From Candidatus Eiseniibacteriota bacterium (GTDB lineage: Bacteria > Eisenbacteria > RBG-16-71-46), in the NCBI GenBank assembly GCA_963707915.1, contig OY970178.1:288001-352000 (forward strand): a stretch of 64,000 nucleotides of DNA. The letters run 5' to 3'. The position numbers were made by a program, and so were the translations under genes. Below the pieces are notes generated by a model, which saw only the letters and a program-made list of their open reading frames with translations, ran no database searches and was not told the DNA's origin. Position 1 is the stretch's first letter. Each line of letters opens with the position of its first letter. Shown piece after piece: positions 1 through 8,644 of the stretch.

Positions 1-807
1 GAGGTCCGGGTCGTCTTCACCGACCTCACCGACCTCACGACCTACACCGGCGTGAACGACCAGAACGGGAACCCGCCGCCGCAGCGCTACAGCATCACCA
101 ACGTGCTGCCGAACGACGTCAACGTGAAGTTCACGATGTGCATGAGCGGCACGCCGACGACCGGCGCTCCCTGCGTCATCGGCAGCGCGGCGCAGATCGG
201 TGCCTGGGGCACGGGGGTCGCGATGACCAACGTCTCCGGCGAGCTGTGGAACGTCACCGTCACCTTCCCGGCCGGCAGCAGCCCCGCCTTCGAGTACAAG
301 TACAAGGCCGACGACTGCGTGAACTGGGAAGGCGTGGGGAACCACTCCGTCCTGCTGCCGACCAACGGCACCACGCTGGTCGAGCTGGCGCCGGACAGCT
401 ACAACAACGCCCCGCTCGGCTGCGGCCTGGCCCCGCTGAGCGCGGACAAGGTCGTCTGCTACCGGCTGTGCATGGCGGGGGTCGCCGGTCCGGACGTCTG
501 CGTGATCGGCTCCGGCCCGCAGCTCACGAACTGGAGCACGGGCGTGCCCATGACACTGATCGGCACCGACCTGTACGAGGCCTGCGTCACGTACGCGGCC
601 GGCACCCCGATCCAGAACATCGAGTTCAAGTTCAAGAAGGACGGCTGCTCGACGTGGGAGAGCGTGGGCAACCGCCTGCTGACCATCGACAACGGCAGCC
701 CGGCCTCGCAGACCCTCACCAACAGCTGGGACAACGGCGCGGCCTCGTGCTCGCCGGTCGACACCCGGCGCACCACCTGGGGCAAGGTGAAGTCGATCTA
801 CCGGTAG
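1..807 (+). CDS. Secreted protein with two tandem CBM20-like starch-binding domains and a C-terminal TWGKVKSIYR tail (5'-partial)
   Basis: Frame is open from base 1. Two repeats: CVIGSAAQIGAW...FEYKYK...WEGVGN and CVIGSGPQLTNW...IEFKFK...WESVGNR, matching the CBM20 pattern (vvGs..qLG.W, eYKy, WE...NR). Adjacent to amylolytic genes. Confidence 0.8.
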   Translation, partial: EVRVVFTDLTDLTTYTGVNDQNGNPPPQRYSITNVLPNDVNVKFTMCMSGTPTTGAPCVIGSAAQIGAWGTGVAMTNVSGELWNVTVTFPAGSSPAFEYKYKADDCVNWEGVGNHSVLLPTNGTTLVELAPDSYNNAPLGCGLAPLSADKVVCYRLCMAGVAGPDVCVIGSGPQLTNWSTGVPMTLIGTDLYEACVTYAAGTPIQNIEFKFKKDGCSTWESVGNRLLTIDNGSPASQTLTNSWDNGAASCSPVDTRRTTWGKVKSIYR

Positions 808-824
808 ACCCGGGAACGGCGACG

Positions 825-859
825 GCGAGGGGCGGGCTCTCACGGGCCCGCCCCTTCGC
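825..859. terminator. GC-rich hairpin, probable terminator between convergent units
   Basis: gcgaggggcgggc...gcccgccccttcgc inverted repeat 18 nt after the stop at 807. Confidence 0.6.
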
Positions 860-925
860 ATGGTGCGCCCGGCCAGGTGTCGGCCCGGACGCCCTGCCCC
901 CGGCCGTTCTCGAACCGAACCTAGC

Positions 926-1321
926 TGTGGAGTCTCAGGACGTTGTTCTCACCCGGGGTCGCAACCGACTGAAGGGTGGTAGGCCGTCCAGACTACCGTG
1001 TGGACGTCTCTGGTTGTAGTAGCGAAGCCAGCGGGGCAGGACGCGGGCCCGGACCTCGGAGGTCAGGTAGGCGGCCCCGTAGGCCCACTCGCGGATCAGG
1101 GTCTGGATGAAGCGCTCGGCCTTGCCGTTCGTCCTCGGGCGGTAGGGCCGCGTACGTTTGTGGACCAAGCGCAGCCGTTCCACCTCGTGAGCAAAGCAGC
1201 GCGCGAGGTAGCCCGAGCCGTTGTCACTGAGGATTCGGCGGATGCGGATGCCCAAGGTGCGGAACCAGGCCACAGCACGACGCAGGAACGCTGCCGAGGT
1301 CACGCCGGTCTCGTCCCGCAG
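926..1321 (-). mobile_element. Truncated IS481-family element (3' part of transposase plus right end)
   Basis: Translation LRDETGVTSAAFLRRAVAWF...ILSDNG...RPYRPRTNGKAERFIQTL..EWAY...YN..RPHGSL is the IS481 integrase-core C-terminus. Terminal TGT at 926 abuts CCTAGC (920-925), an NCTAGN-type target. The typical NNVLRLHS* ending lies in another frame. Confidence 0.9.
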
Positions 1322-2162
1322 AGCCCTTGACGCCGCCCAGCGACAGGCCCGAGACCAGCCAGCGGTTGAGCAGCACGAAGAGCACCATCACCGGCACGCA
1401 GACCAGCAGGCTCCCGGCGGCGTAGTTGGCCCACTCGGTCTGGAACACGCCGGCCAGGCTCTCGAGCCCCAGCGGCAGCGTGTAGAGCCCGAGGCTGCTC
1501 ACCACGATGCGCGCCACCAGGAACTCGGACCAGGCGCTCATGAACGAGAACAACGCGGTGATGGTGAGCGCCGGGGCCGCGAGCGGCAGCGTGATGCGGG
1601 TGAACGCTGTCCACGGTCCGCAGCCGTCGATCAGCGCCGCCTGCTCGAGCTCGACCGGGATGGTGTCGTAGTAGCCGCGCATGGTCCACACGCAGAAGGG
1701 CAGCGCGGTGGCGGTGTACGCGATGGTCAGCCCGGCGAACGTGTCGAGGAGGTGCAGGGCCTTCATGAGCACGTAGAGCGGCAGCATCAGCATGGTGGCG
1801 GGGAAGAGCTGGGTGAGCAGGAACGAGTAGAGCCCGAGCCGCCAGCCCAGGAAGCGGAAGCGCGAGAAGGCGTAGGCCGCGGTCGAGGCCAGCACGACGC
1901 CGAACACCGTGACCGCGAGCGAGACCAGCGCGGAGTTGCGCATCCACAGCAGGAACTGCTTCTCGAACAGGATGGCCCGGTAGGCCTGCAGCGTGGCGTG
2001 CTCCGGGATCAGCGCCAGCGAGGTCGAGTAGAGCGAGTCGGTAGGCCGCAGCGACACGGTGACGATCTGCAGGATCGGGTAGACCGTGGCCAACGAGAAG
2101 AGGACCAGGAAGGCGTGCGTGAGCACGCTCGCCGCGCGGGGCCGGCGCCGGCCGGCGCTCAC
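1224..2162 (-). CDS. malG: Maltose/maltodextrin-type ABC transporter permease (MalG-like); native stop lost, reads through into the IS remnant
   Basis: EAA loop (TIPVELEQAALIDG), FMSAWSEF, canonical end SGLSLGGVKG followed by a 32 aa tail from IS DNA. GTG start overlaps the malF TGA. Confidence 0.85.
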   Translation of the reverse strand: MSAGRRRPRAASVLTHAFLVLFSLATVYPILQIVTVSLRPTDSLYSTSLALIPEHATLQAYRAILFEKQFLLWMRNSALVSLAVTVFGVVLASTAAYAFSRFRFLGWRLGLYSFLLTQLFPATMLMLPLYVLMKALHLLDTFAGLTIAYTATALPFCVWTMRGYYDTIPVELEQAALIDGCGPWTAFTRITLPLAAPALTITALFSFMSAWSEFLVARIVVSSLGLYTLPLGLESLAGVFQTEWANYAAGSLLVCVPVMVLFVLLNRWLVSGLSLGGVKGSAGRDRRDLGSVPASCCGLVPHLGHPHPPNPQ

Positions 2163-3046
2163 GGCTTCGACTCCAGCGGGGCGGCGCGGCGCAGCGTGAA
2201 GACGACGAAGCCCAGCAGGATGAGGAACACCACCACGGAGAACGCGGCCGCGTAGGAGTAGCGGTAGTAGGTGAAGGCCGCCTTGTAGATCCAGGTGACC
2301 ATGATGTGGGTCTGGTCGGCGGGGCGCCCCTGCTGCGAGACCAGCCAGATCACCACCATGTTGTTGAAGGTCCAGACCGTTCCGAGCAGCACCGCCGGCG
2401 TGAGCACCGGCAGGATCTGCGGCCAGGTGACGTGCCGGAAGCGGTGCCAGGCGTTGGCGCCGTCCAGTTCCGCGGCCTCGTAGAGGTCGCGGGGGATGGC
2501 GGTGAGCGCGCCCAGCGACACCACCATCATGAACGGGAAGCCGAGCCAGATGTTGACGATGACCGGCGCCACGAACGCCCAGGTCGGGTCGGAGAGCCAG
2601 GGCACGGCCGGGAGATGGAGGCGCTGCAGGATCAGGTTCACCGCCCCGTATTCGTAGTTGAACATCCCGCGCCAGGTGAGGGCCGAGATGTACTGGGGCA
2701 TCGCCCAGGGCAGGATGAGCAGCGTCCGGTAGAACCCGCGCCCGCGCACCGGGCCGGCCAGCAGCACCGCCAGGAACAGGCCGATGGCCACGTGGAAGGA
2801 GACGTTCAGGACCGTCCACAGCAGCGACTTGGCGAACAGCACGTAGAGGACCGGCTGCGAGAACAGCTCCCGGAACTGCGCCAGCCCCACGAACGTGTGG
2901 TCCGTGAAATGGTAGAGGCTCATGTTCCGGAAGGCGAGGTAGAAGTTGTAGACCAGCGGGAACAGCACCACCAGCAGCATCGCCGCCATGGCCGGCAGCA
3001 GCAGCAGGTAGGGGAAGGAGCGCGGCGCGCGGATCGTGGCGTTCAC
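2159..3046 (-). CDS. malF: Carbohydrate ABC transporter permease (MalF-like)
   Basis: FVGLAQF, LLILPWAMP, WLGFPFMM, IPRDLYEAAELDGA motifs; multiple TM segments. Confidence 0.88.
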   Translation of the reverse strand: MNATIRAPRSFPYLLLLPAMAAMLLVVLFPLVYNFYLAFRNMSLYHFTDHTFVGLAQFRELFSQPVLYVLFAKSLLWTVLNVSFHVAIGLFLAVLLAGPVRGRGFYRTLLILPWAMPQYISALTWRGMFNYEYGAVNLILQRLHLPAVPWLSDPTWAFVAPVIVNIWLGFPFMMVVSLGALTAIPRDLYEAAELDGANAWHRFRHVTWPQILPVLTPAVLLGTVWTFNNMVVIWLVSQQGRPADQTHIMVTWIYKAAFTYYRYSYAAAFSVVVFLILLGFVVFTLRRAAPLESKP

Positions 3047-3050
3047 GTCG

Positions 3051-4274
3051 CTACTTCTTCATGTTCGCGATCTGGGAGACGGCGTTCAGCTGCATGTCCT
3101 TCGCCGCCTGGGCCGGCGTCTTGACGCCGTTCATCACGTTCTGCATCTCCGGCCGCATGGCGTCCCAGATCACGCGCATCTCGGGCACGACCGGCATGCG
3201 CCGGCCCCGCCCGATGGCGACCAGCGACACGGCCAGGTACGGGTCCTGCAAGAGCGTGGAATCGCGGTAGGCGGCGCGGTGGCTCGGCAGGATGGCCAGT
3301 TCCCGCACCGAGCGCAGCTCGGCCTCGGGGGAGGTGAGGAAGCTCACCAGCTCGGTCACCAGCGGCATCTTCTCCTTCGGCACGTTCACGCTGATGGAGT
3401 AGCCCTTGCTCGCCACCATGGGCTCGGCCCAGCGCCCGCCCGGGAGCCGGAAGATCGGGGCGATGCCGAGGTCCACTCCGGCCTTGCGGTAGGCGGACCA
3501 CGACCACGGGCCGTTCACGATCATCGCGGCCTTGCCCTCCTTGAACAGGGTCTCCGCGATCTGGTAGTCCGACTCCAGCGGCATCAGCCGCTGATCGCGC
3601 AGGTCCTTCACGAAGGCCAGCGCCCGGGCCATGGCGGGTGAATCGAGCGTGGGCCGGGCCTGCGCGTCCATGATCCAGCCGCCGTAGCCGCCCAGGAAGG
3701 GCACCAGCCAGTAGGGCTCCGTGACGTTCATCGCGAACCCGTAGACCCCGCCGCGACTGAGCTTCCGGGCCACCGCGACGAATTCCTCGGCGGTCTCCGG
3801 CGCCTTCGGCACCAGCTTGCGGTTGAAGCACAGCACCAGGTGGTTGCCGACCTGGTCGGGCGCGGCCCACAGGTGGCCGGCGAGCGTGTCGAGCGCGTTC
3901 GGGACGAAGCGATCGAAGAACCCCGCCGGCAGCGCCTGGTCGAGCGGCTGGATGGTCTGGAGCAGCGAGAGCGGGCCCACCTGGTCCGACGGCCCGAACA
4001 CCAGATCGGGCCCGCCGCCGCCGGAGACCGCGGTCTGGAACTGCGTGCGCAACTGCTCCGTCTCGTACGGGGTGTGCTGGATCTCGACGCCCGGATGGGT
4101 CTGCCGGAACGCCGCGAGGTTGGCCTCGAACCGAAGGCGCTCTTCGGGGTCCATCTGCTCCCAGATGACGATCGTGCGGCCGGGCTTGGCGCCCGACTTC
4201 GGTGCGCACGACAGGCTGGACAGGGCGAGCAGCGCGCACAGGGCGAGCCGGGCGGAACGCTGGACCCGCATCAT
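3051..4274 (-). CDS. malE: Maltodextrin-binding lipoprotein (MalE-like, SBP family 1)
   Basis: 3' part of the 3051..8141 frame. GGAGG RBS before ATG 4274; lipobox LSSLSC; GPDLVFG, AMIVNGPW, MPVVPEMRVIW resemble MalE. Confidence 0.85.
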   Translation of the reverse strand: MMRVQRSARLALCALLALSSLSCAPKSGAKPGRTIVIWEQMDPEERLRFEANLAAFRQTHPGVEIQHTPYETEQLRTQFQTAVSGGGGPDLVFGPSDQVGPLSLLQTIQPLDQALPAGFFDRFVPNALDTLAGHLWAAPDQVGNHLVLCFNRKLVPKAPETAEEFVAVARKLSRGGVYGFAMNVTEPYWLVPFLGGYGGWIMDAQARPTLDSPAMARALAFVKDLRDQRLMPLESDYQIAETLFKEGKAAMIVNGPWSWSAYRKAGVDLGIAPIFRLPGGRWAEPMVASKGYSISVNVPKEKMPLVTELVSFLTSPEAELRSVRELAILPSHRAAYRDSTLLQDPYLAVSLVAIGRGRRMPVVPEMRVIWDAMRPEMQNVMNGVKTPAQAAKDMQLNAVSQIANMKK

Positions 4275-4384
4275 CGGGGCCTCCCTCGGGGCGGACGTGG
4301 ACCTTGGCCGGGCCTCGCGGCACGTCCCGCCGGGTCTGCGGGTGAGGACGGGCTGCGCCGCGTTGGCCACGGAGCGCGGTTCGC

Positions 4385-4434
4385 CGACGGGCCGGACGCG
4401 CCGCACGACCGCGCGGCGCGTCCGGCAGCCGTCG
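4385..4434. terminator. Strong hairpin between GH57 gene and malE (terminator or mRNA-stability element)
   Basis: gccggacgcgccgc (4391-4404) pairs with gcggcgcgtccggc (4413-4426); no U-tract. Confidence 0.45.
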
Positions 4435-4438
4435 TGCG

Positions 4439-7400
4439 TCAGGGCAGGATGATGAGCCGCTTCACCTGCTGGCTGGCGCCGGCCGAGAGTCGCACGAAGT
4501 AGAGACCCGACGCAAGGCTCCGGCCGCCGTTGTCGCGCCCGTCGCAGGCCACGCGGTACTCGCCGGCTGGCTGCACCGCGCGCACCAGCGTGCGCACCAG
4601 CCGCCCGCCCAGGTCGTAGACCTCGAGCGAGACCGCCACCGGCCCGTGCGTGCCGGGCAGCGCGTAGGCGACGATCGAGCGGCCGCGCGTCGGGTTGGGG
4701 ACCGGCGTGGCGAGCGACAGCGCGCGCACCGCCGGCGCCCCGCGGTCCACGGCGACCGGCGGGCCCTGGAACTGGATGCTGGTCTGGGCGGCCGCGTTGT
4801 GGAAGCACGAGACGTCGGCCACGCCGCTGGCGATCGCCGTGTAGGGCACGTGGGACATGGGCGAGACCAGCAGGCGGACGCTCTGCTGGTCGGCCTGCAG
4901 CGTGGCGCTGCGCACCTCGAGCGAGGCCGAGGGGTTGCCGGTCTGGTAGATGGTGTAGCGGGTGGCCTGGTTCGCGGTGGCCGCGGTCACGGGCTCGTCG
5001 AACTGGACCGTGATGACGCTGTCCCAGCCGGTGTAGGCCGCGCCCACGAGGGTGGGGGCGGTGCGGTCGGTCGCGTCGGGCACGCCGTCGGCGTTCGCGT
5101 CCACAGTGACGAGCCGGAAGTCGTCGAGGGTCGGGGCGGTGGCAGCGAGGTTGTTCGGGGCCTGGTCGCCGCCGAGCGCGCCGCCCGGCTCGGGGTCCCA
5201 GGCCAGCGAGGCCACGAAGCCGACCGAGGCGCCGGACGGGACGCGACCGGCGCCCAGGCCGTAGAGCGTGTTCCAGGGGATGGCGATCTCGCTGCCGCCG
5301 TTGAGCCCGTGGGTGTGCATGGGGTCGAAGGCCGCGAGGATGGCCGGCGTCGAGTCGGCGGAGGTCGTGGCGCTCGTCAGCTTCCAGAACGACTGCCCGT
5401 CGTAGATGCCCTGGTGCTGGTAGGAGCCGAACTGCCAGTCCGGCTTGAACCCGGCCGCCGTGAACTGCGCTCCGCGTTCCCAGTGATCGATGGTCCGCAG
5501 GTCGGTGAATCCGTTGGGGCCGTTCGGGTCGGTGTCGAGGTAGAGCAGCCAGGAGTTGCCCGTGACCACGCCACGGATGCCCAGGTAGAGGTAGGTGCTG
5601 TCCCACTGGCAGTAGACCGCCTGGATCTCGTTGTTCGTCTGCCCCGGCGAGTTCCAGCCCGAGTCGAACGAGTCGGCGACCGCCATGGTGCAGGACGGCC
5701 ACTCGGACGGGTTGACGTAGCCGTCGAGGGTGATGAGCGTCGGCGGGCCGTAGGAGACCGGCACGTTGCCCGCGTTGGTGAGCAGGGCGCACGGGTTCGC
5801 CGCCGGATCCCGCACCGCGCCCGGCTGCAGCAGCAGGCGCATCTGGTTGTGGTCGACGCCCTGGATGGCGGTGTGGACCGCGCCCGAGACCAGGATCGTG
5901 AGGATCGCGCTGTTCGCGCCGTTCAGCACCGTGCAGCCGCCGTCGAGCGTGACCTCGGCGGTGCCGTCGTTGTTCGCGTCGACGGCGATGCCGGCCATCG
6001 TGACCTGGTCGTAGCGCACGGTCTCGTCGAAGGTGAGCGTCAACTGGTGGGTGGCGGGGAAGTAGGTCCCGCTCACCGCCTCGGGCGGGAGCCGGTCGCC
6101 GAGCGCGGCGGACAGCGCCTGCAGCTCCGCCACGTTGCCGCCGCCGTCGGGCGCGGAGGTCGGGCCGGCGTAGACGTAGAACTCGAACTTCTGCGTGCCG
6201 CGCACCTCGTCGGCCTTCATCAACGTGCCGCCGACCTCCTTCTGGAACTGGGCGCCGCCGCCGCCGAGCACGAAGGCGCCGGTCGCCCCGGTGTTCGGGT
6301 TGCGCCGGCCCATGTAGGAGATGTCGGGGGCCCAGATGCGGTCCATGCGGGCGTTGTAGAGCAGGTCCACCAGGTCGGGCGTCCAGCCGCTCTGGATGTA
6401 CTGGGTGTTGGCGCCGACGCGGTAGACGCAGTCCAGGTAGGGCTGGCCGAGCGTCAGGCGCACCACCTTCTTCACGCCGGAGTGGGCGAACGTGGCCTGG
6501 ACGGTGTTCCCCGACGAGGTGTCCACCTGCATCGCGTAGAACTCGCCCTGGTGGTCGGGGCCGACGTCCGAGAGCGCGGCGACGTGGTTGCCGTCGTTGT
6601 AGTCGCCCTCGGTGCCGTACCAGTAGGCGTTGTCCACCCCCACCACCGAGAAGCTGGCCGGGCCGCTCTTCGCGAACACCCACGGGGCCCGCCCGCCGAT
6701 CGACTCGAAGGCCGCCAGCACGCGGTCGTTGTACATCACCAGCTCGCTGTTGCCGTCGTCGTCGATGTCCGAGAAGTAGGCGCCCGTCGGATTGACGAAC
6801 TGTCCGCCGGCCCAGCGGGCCGCCTCGGCGTAGACGCTCGCGTTCTTGATGTGCGCCGAGTACTGGCGCTGCCAGCCCGAGAGCGGTCCGCCGAGGTAGT
6901 CGTGCCAGCCGGTCTCGTGCAGGTTGGTCATCATCACGTACCAGCCGGCCTCGCGGATGTTGTTGTCCGGGGCGGCCTGCAGCGCCGCGTGCGCATCGTT
7001 CCAGAGCGTGCCGTGGTCCTTGCAGTTGCCGCCCGTGCCCGCGCAGCCGCCGCTGCCGTTGCCGCCGGTGGAGTAGGGGACGTAGCCGGCCCAGTCGGCG
7101 TACCAGGCGTTGTTGTTGCCGCCGTAGCCGTTGACGTCGCCGATCCCGCCGTAGGTGCCGTTGGCCGGCGTGAAGGTGTCGCCGTTGAAGTTGGCGTTGG
7201 CCAGCGCCGGATCGAGCTTCCAGGTGTGCAGCCACGCGCTCTCGGTGGCGCACTTGTCGATCATCCACTGGTAGGTGCCGTAGGCGTAGGGGAAGTCGGT
7301 CGCCCAGTTGCCCAGCCCGGCGGCCATCTCCCAGTCGTCCGCGTAGGTGACGAGACGGTAGGTGCCCAGCCCGGAGCCTGCGAGTCCGGAGAGCACCGCG

Positions 7401-8644
7401 AGCGCCCCGGCGCCGTCGCCGGAGTGGAGCTTGCCGGTGAAATCGGAGTCGCGCGGGATCAGGCGCAGGCCGGTGCCGGACATCGTGTGGATCCGGTGGT
7501 TGTCGTGGCCTTGGAGGTGGGGCCAGTCGTCGAGGATCACGCCGTCGATGCCGTGCGACTGCCAGTGGTTCGAGGTCGCATCGATGACCCCGTCGCCGGG
7601 GTACTGGCCGGGCGTGAGCCAGACCCGCTCGGGCACCCAGGCGACATGCGGCGTGTAGCCGTAGCGCCAGGTGTCCATCGCGACCTGGCGATCGATCGCC
7701 CAGTCGTTCATCGCTCCCTGCAGGAACGGCAGGATGGGCTGGCCGTAGGCCGAGGAGACGATGCCCAGCCAGCCGGCCGTCACGCCCGCGCGCATCCACG
7801 CGTTGAAGTCCACCGGGTCGCCGTTCCTCGCGTCCCACTCGGCCGAGGACTGCAGCAGCCCGCTCAGGTGGACGTTGACCGGAACGTTCTTGTTCTGGTG
7901 GACGCGCAGGATCTCGTCGAACCCGCTGGAGGCCTCGGCGCCCGATCGGCCGTGGAAGACGTCGCTGTAGGTGAGCCCCTGGTTGCCGAAGTGCATGAAG
8001 GCGACGTTCGCCTCGTAGGCCGCAGCCTGCTGCCCGCCCAGTGGGACCACCAGGCGGTCGAGCTCGCGGCCCCGCGCCAGCGTGATGACCGCGGCCTGCC
8101 GCGGCGCGCCGGCGCCGCGCGGCAGCGAGGCGGCGAGCCACCCCTGCTCGAGGTGGAAGGCGGCGCGATCGGCCGCGAGCGGCGTGCCGGGCTCGAGCGC
8201 GGCGGCGCTCACCAGTGCCGGTCGGTCGGCGCCCGGCTCCAGGACGACCATCCGGTCCCAGGCGAAGGGCGCCCGTCCCCGCAGCGGCGCCGGCAGGTCG
8301 GTGTTGCGGCCGGTCCCCTCGTCCAGCAGGAGGAGGGCGCGGACCTGCCCGCGCTCGAAGTGGTTGACGCGGTCGCGGATTCCCAGCGGGGCCACCAGGC
8401 TCACGCGGAACGTGAGGTCATCCCCCTCATCGTAGTATAATGCAAGGATGTTGGCGGCACTCTCGAGCTCGCCGACACCGGTCCGGATGTGGCCGATGCC
8501 GACGACCGAGCCGCGCGGCCAGGCGTCGGGGCGGGCGAGCAGGGCCTCCGCCCGCCGGGGAACCGCCGCGGACGCCGAGAGGGCGATGAGCGAACCCAGG
8601 AGGATGACGAAGGTGACGAGGACGTGGGGGCGGGCAGGTCGCAT
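4439..8644 (-). CDS. Large secreted GH57-family glycoside hydrolase with Ig-like domains and C-terminal FlgD-Ig/T9SS-like domain
   Basis: Signal peptide. GH57-like motifs FMHFGNQ, SSAYGQPILP, AWVPERVW (nucleophile Glu), YADDWE (acid/base Asp). Ends PVPNP...YDLGGRLVRTL...DGRDNGG...SGLYFVRL. Confidence 0.75.
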   Translation of the reverse strand: MRPARPHVLVTFVILLGSLIALSASAAVPRRAEALLARPDAWPRGSVVGIGHIRTGVGELESAANILALYYDEGDDLTFRVSLVAPLGIRDRVNHFERGQVRALLLLDEGTGRNTDLPAPLRGRAPFAWDRMVVLEPGADRPALVSAAALEPGTPLAADRAAFHLEQGWLAASLPRGAGAPRQAAVITLARGRELDRLVVPLGGQQAAAYEANVAFMHFGNQGLTYSDVFHGRSGAEASSGFDEILRVHQNKNVPVNVHLSGLLQSSAEWDARNGDPVDFNAWMRAGVTAGWLGIVSSAYGQPILPFLQGAMNDWAIDRQVAMDTWRYGYTPHVAWVPERVWLTPGQYPGDGVIDATSNHWQSHGIDGVILDDWPHLQGHDNHRIHTMSGTGLRLIPRDSDFTGKLHSGDGAGALAVLSGLAGSGLGTYRLVTYADDWEMAAGLGNWATDFPYAYGTYQWMIDKCATESAWLHTWKLDPALANANFNGDTFTPANGTYGGIGDVNGYGGNNNAWYADWAGYVPYSTGGNGSGGCAGTGGNCKDHGTLWNDAHAALQAAPDNNIREAGWYVMMTNLHETGWHDYLGGPLSGWQRQYSAHIKNASVYAEAARWAGGQFVNPTGAYFSDIDDDGNSELVMYNDRVLAAFESIGGRAPWVFAKSGPASFSVVGVDNAYWYGTEGDYNDGNHVAALSDVGPDHQGEFYAMQVDTSSGNTVQATFAHSGVKKVVRLTLGQPYLDCVYRVGANTQYIQSGWTPDLVDLLYNARMDRIWAPDISYMGRRNPNTGATGAFVLGGGGAQFQKEVGGTLMKADEVRGTQKFEFYVYAGPTSAPDGGGNVAELQALSAALGDRLPPEAVSGTYFPATHQLTLTFDETVRYDQVTMAGIAVDANNDGTAEVTLDGGCTVLNGANSAILTILVSGAVHTAIQGVDHNQMRLLLQPGAVRDPAANPCALLTNAGNVPVSYGPPTLITLDGYVNPSEWPSCTMAVADSFDSGWNSPGQTNNEIQAVYCQWDSTYLYLGIRGVVTGNSWLLYLDTDPNGPNGFTDLRTIDHWERGAQFTAAGFKPDWQFGSYQHQGIYDGQSFWKLTSATTSADSTPAILAAFDPMHTHGLNGGSEIAIPWNTLYGLGAGRVPSGASVGFVASLAWDPEPGGALGGDQAPNNLAATAPTLDDFRLVTVDANADGVPDATDRTAPTLVGAAYTGWDSVITVQFDEPVTAATANQATRYTIYQTGNPSASLEVRSATLQADQQSVRLLVSPMSHVPYTAIASGVADVSCFHNAAAQTSIQFQGPPVAVDRGAPAVRALSLATPVPNPTRGRSIVAYALPGTHGPVAVSLEVYDLGGRLVRTLVRAVQPAGEYRVACDGRDNGGRSLASGLYFVRLSAGASQQVKRLIILP

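Noticed and set aside
19..50. Short tandem repeat caccgacct x2-3
   Set aside because: Encodes TDLTDLT within a CDS; too short to be meaningful
4275..8141. 1696 aa ORF 3051..8141 as a giant MalE fusion
   Set aside because: The upstream part is an Arg/Gly/Pro-rich shadow frame of the GH57 gene; MalE has its own RBS, ATG (4274) and lipobox
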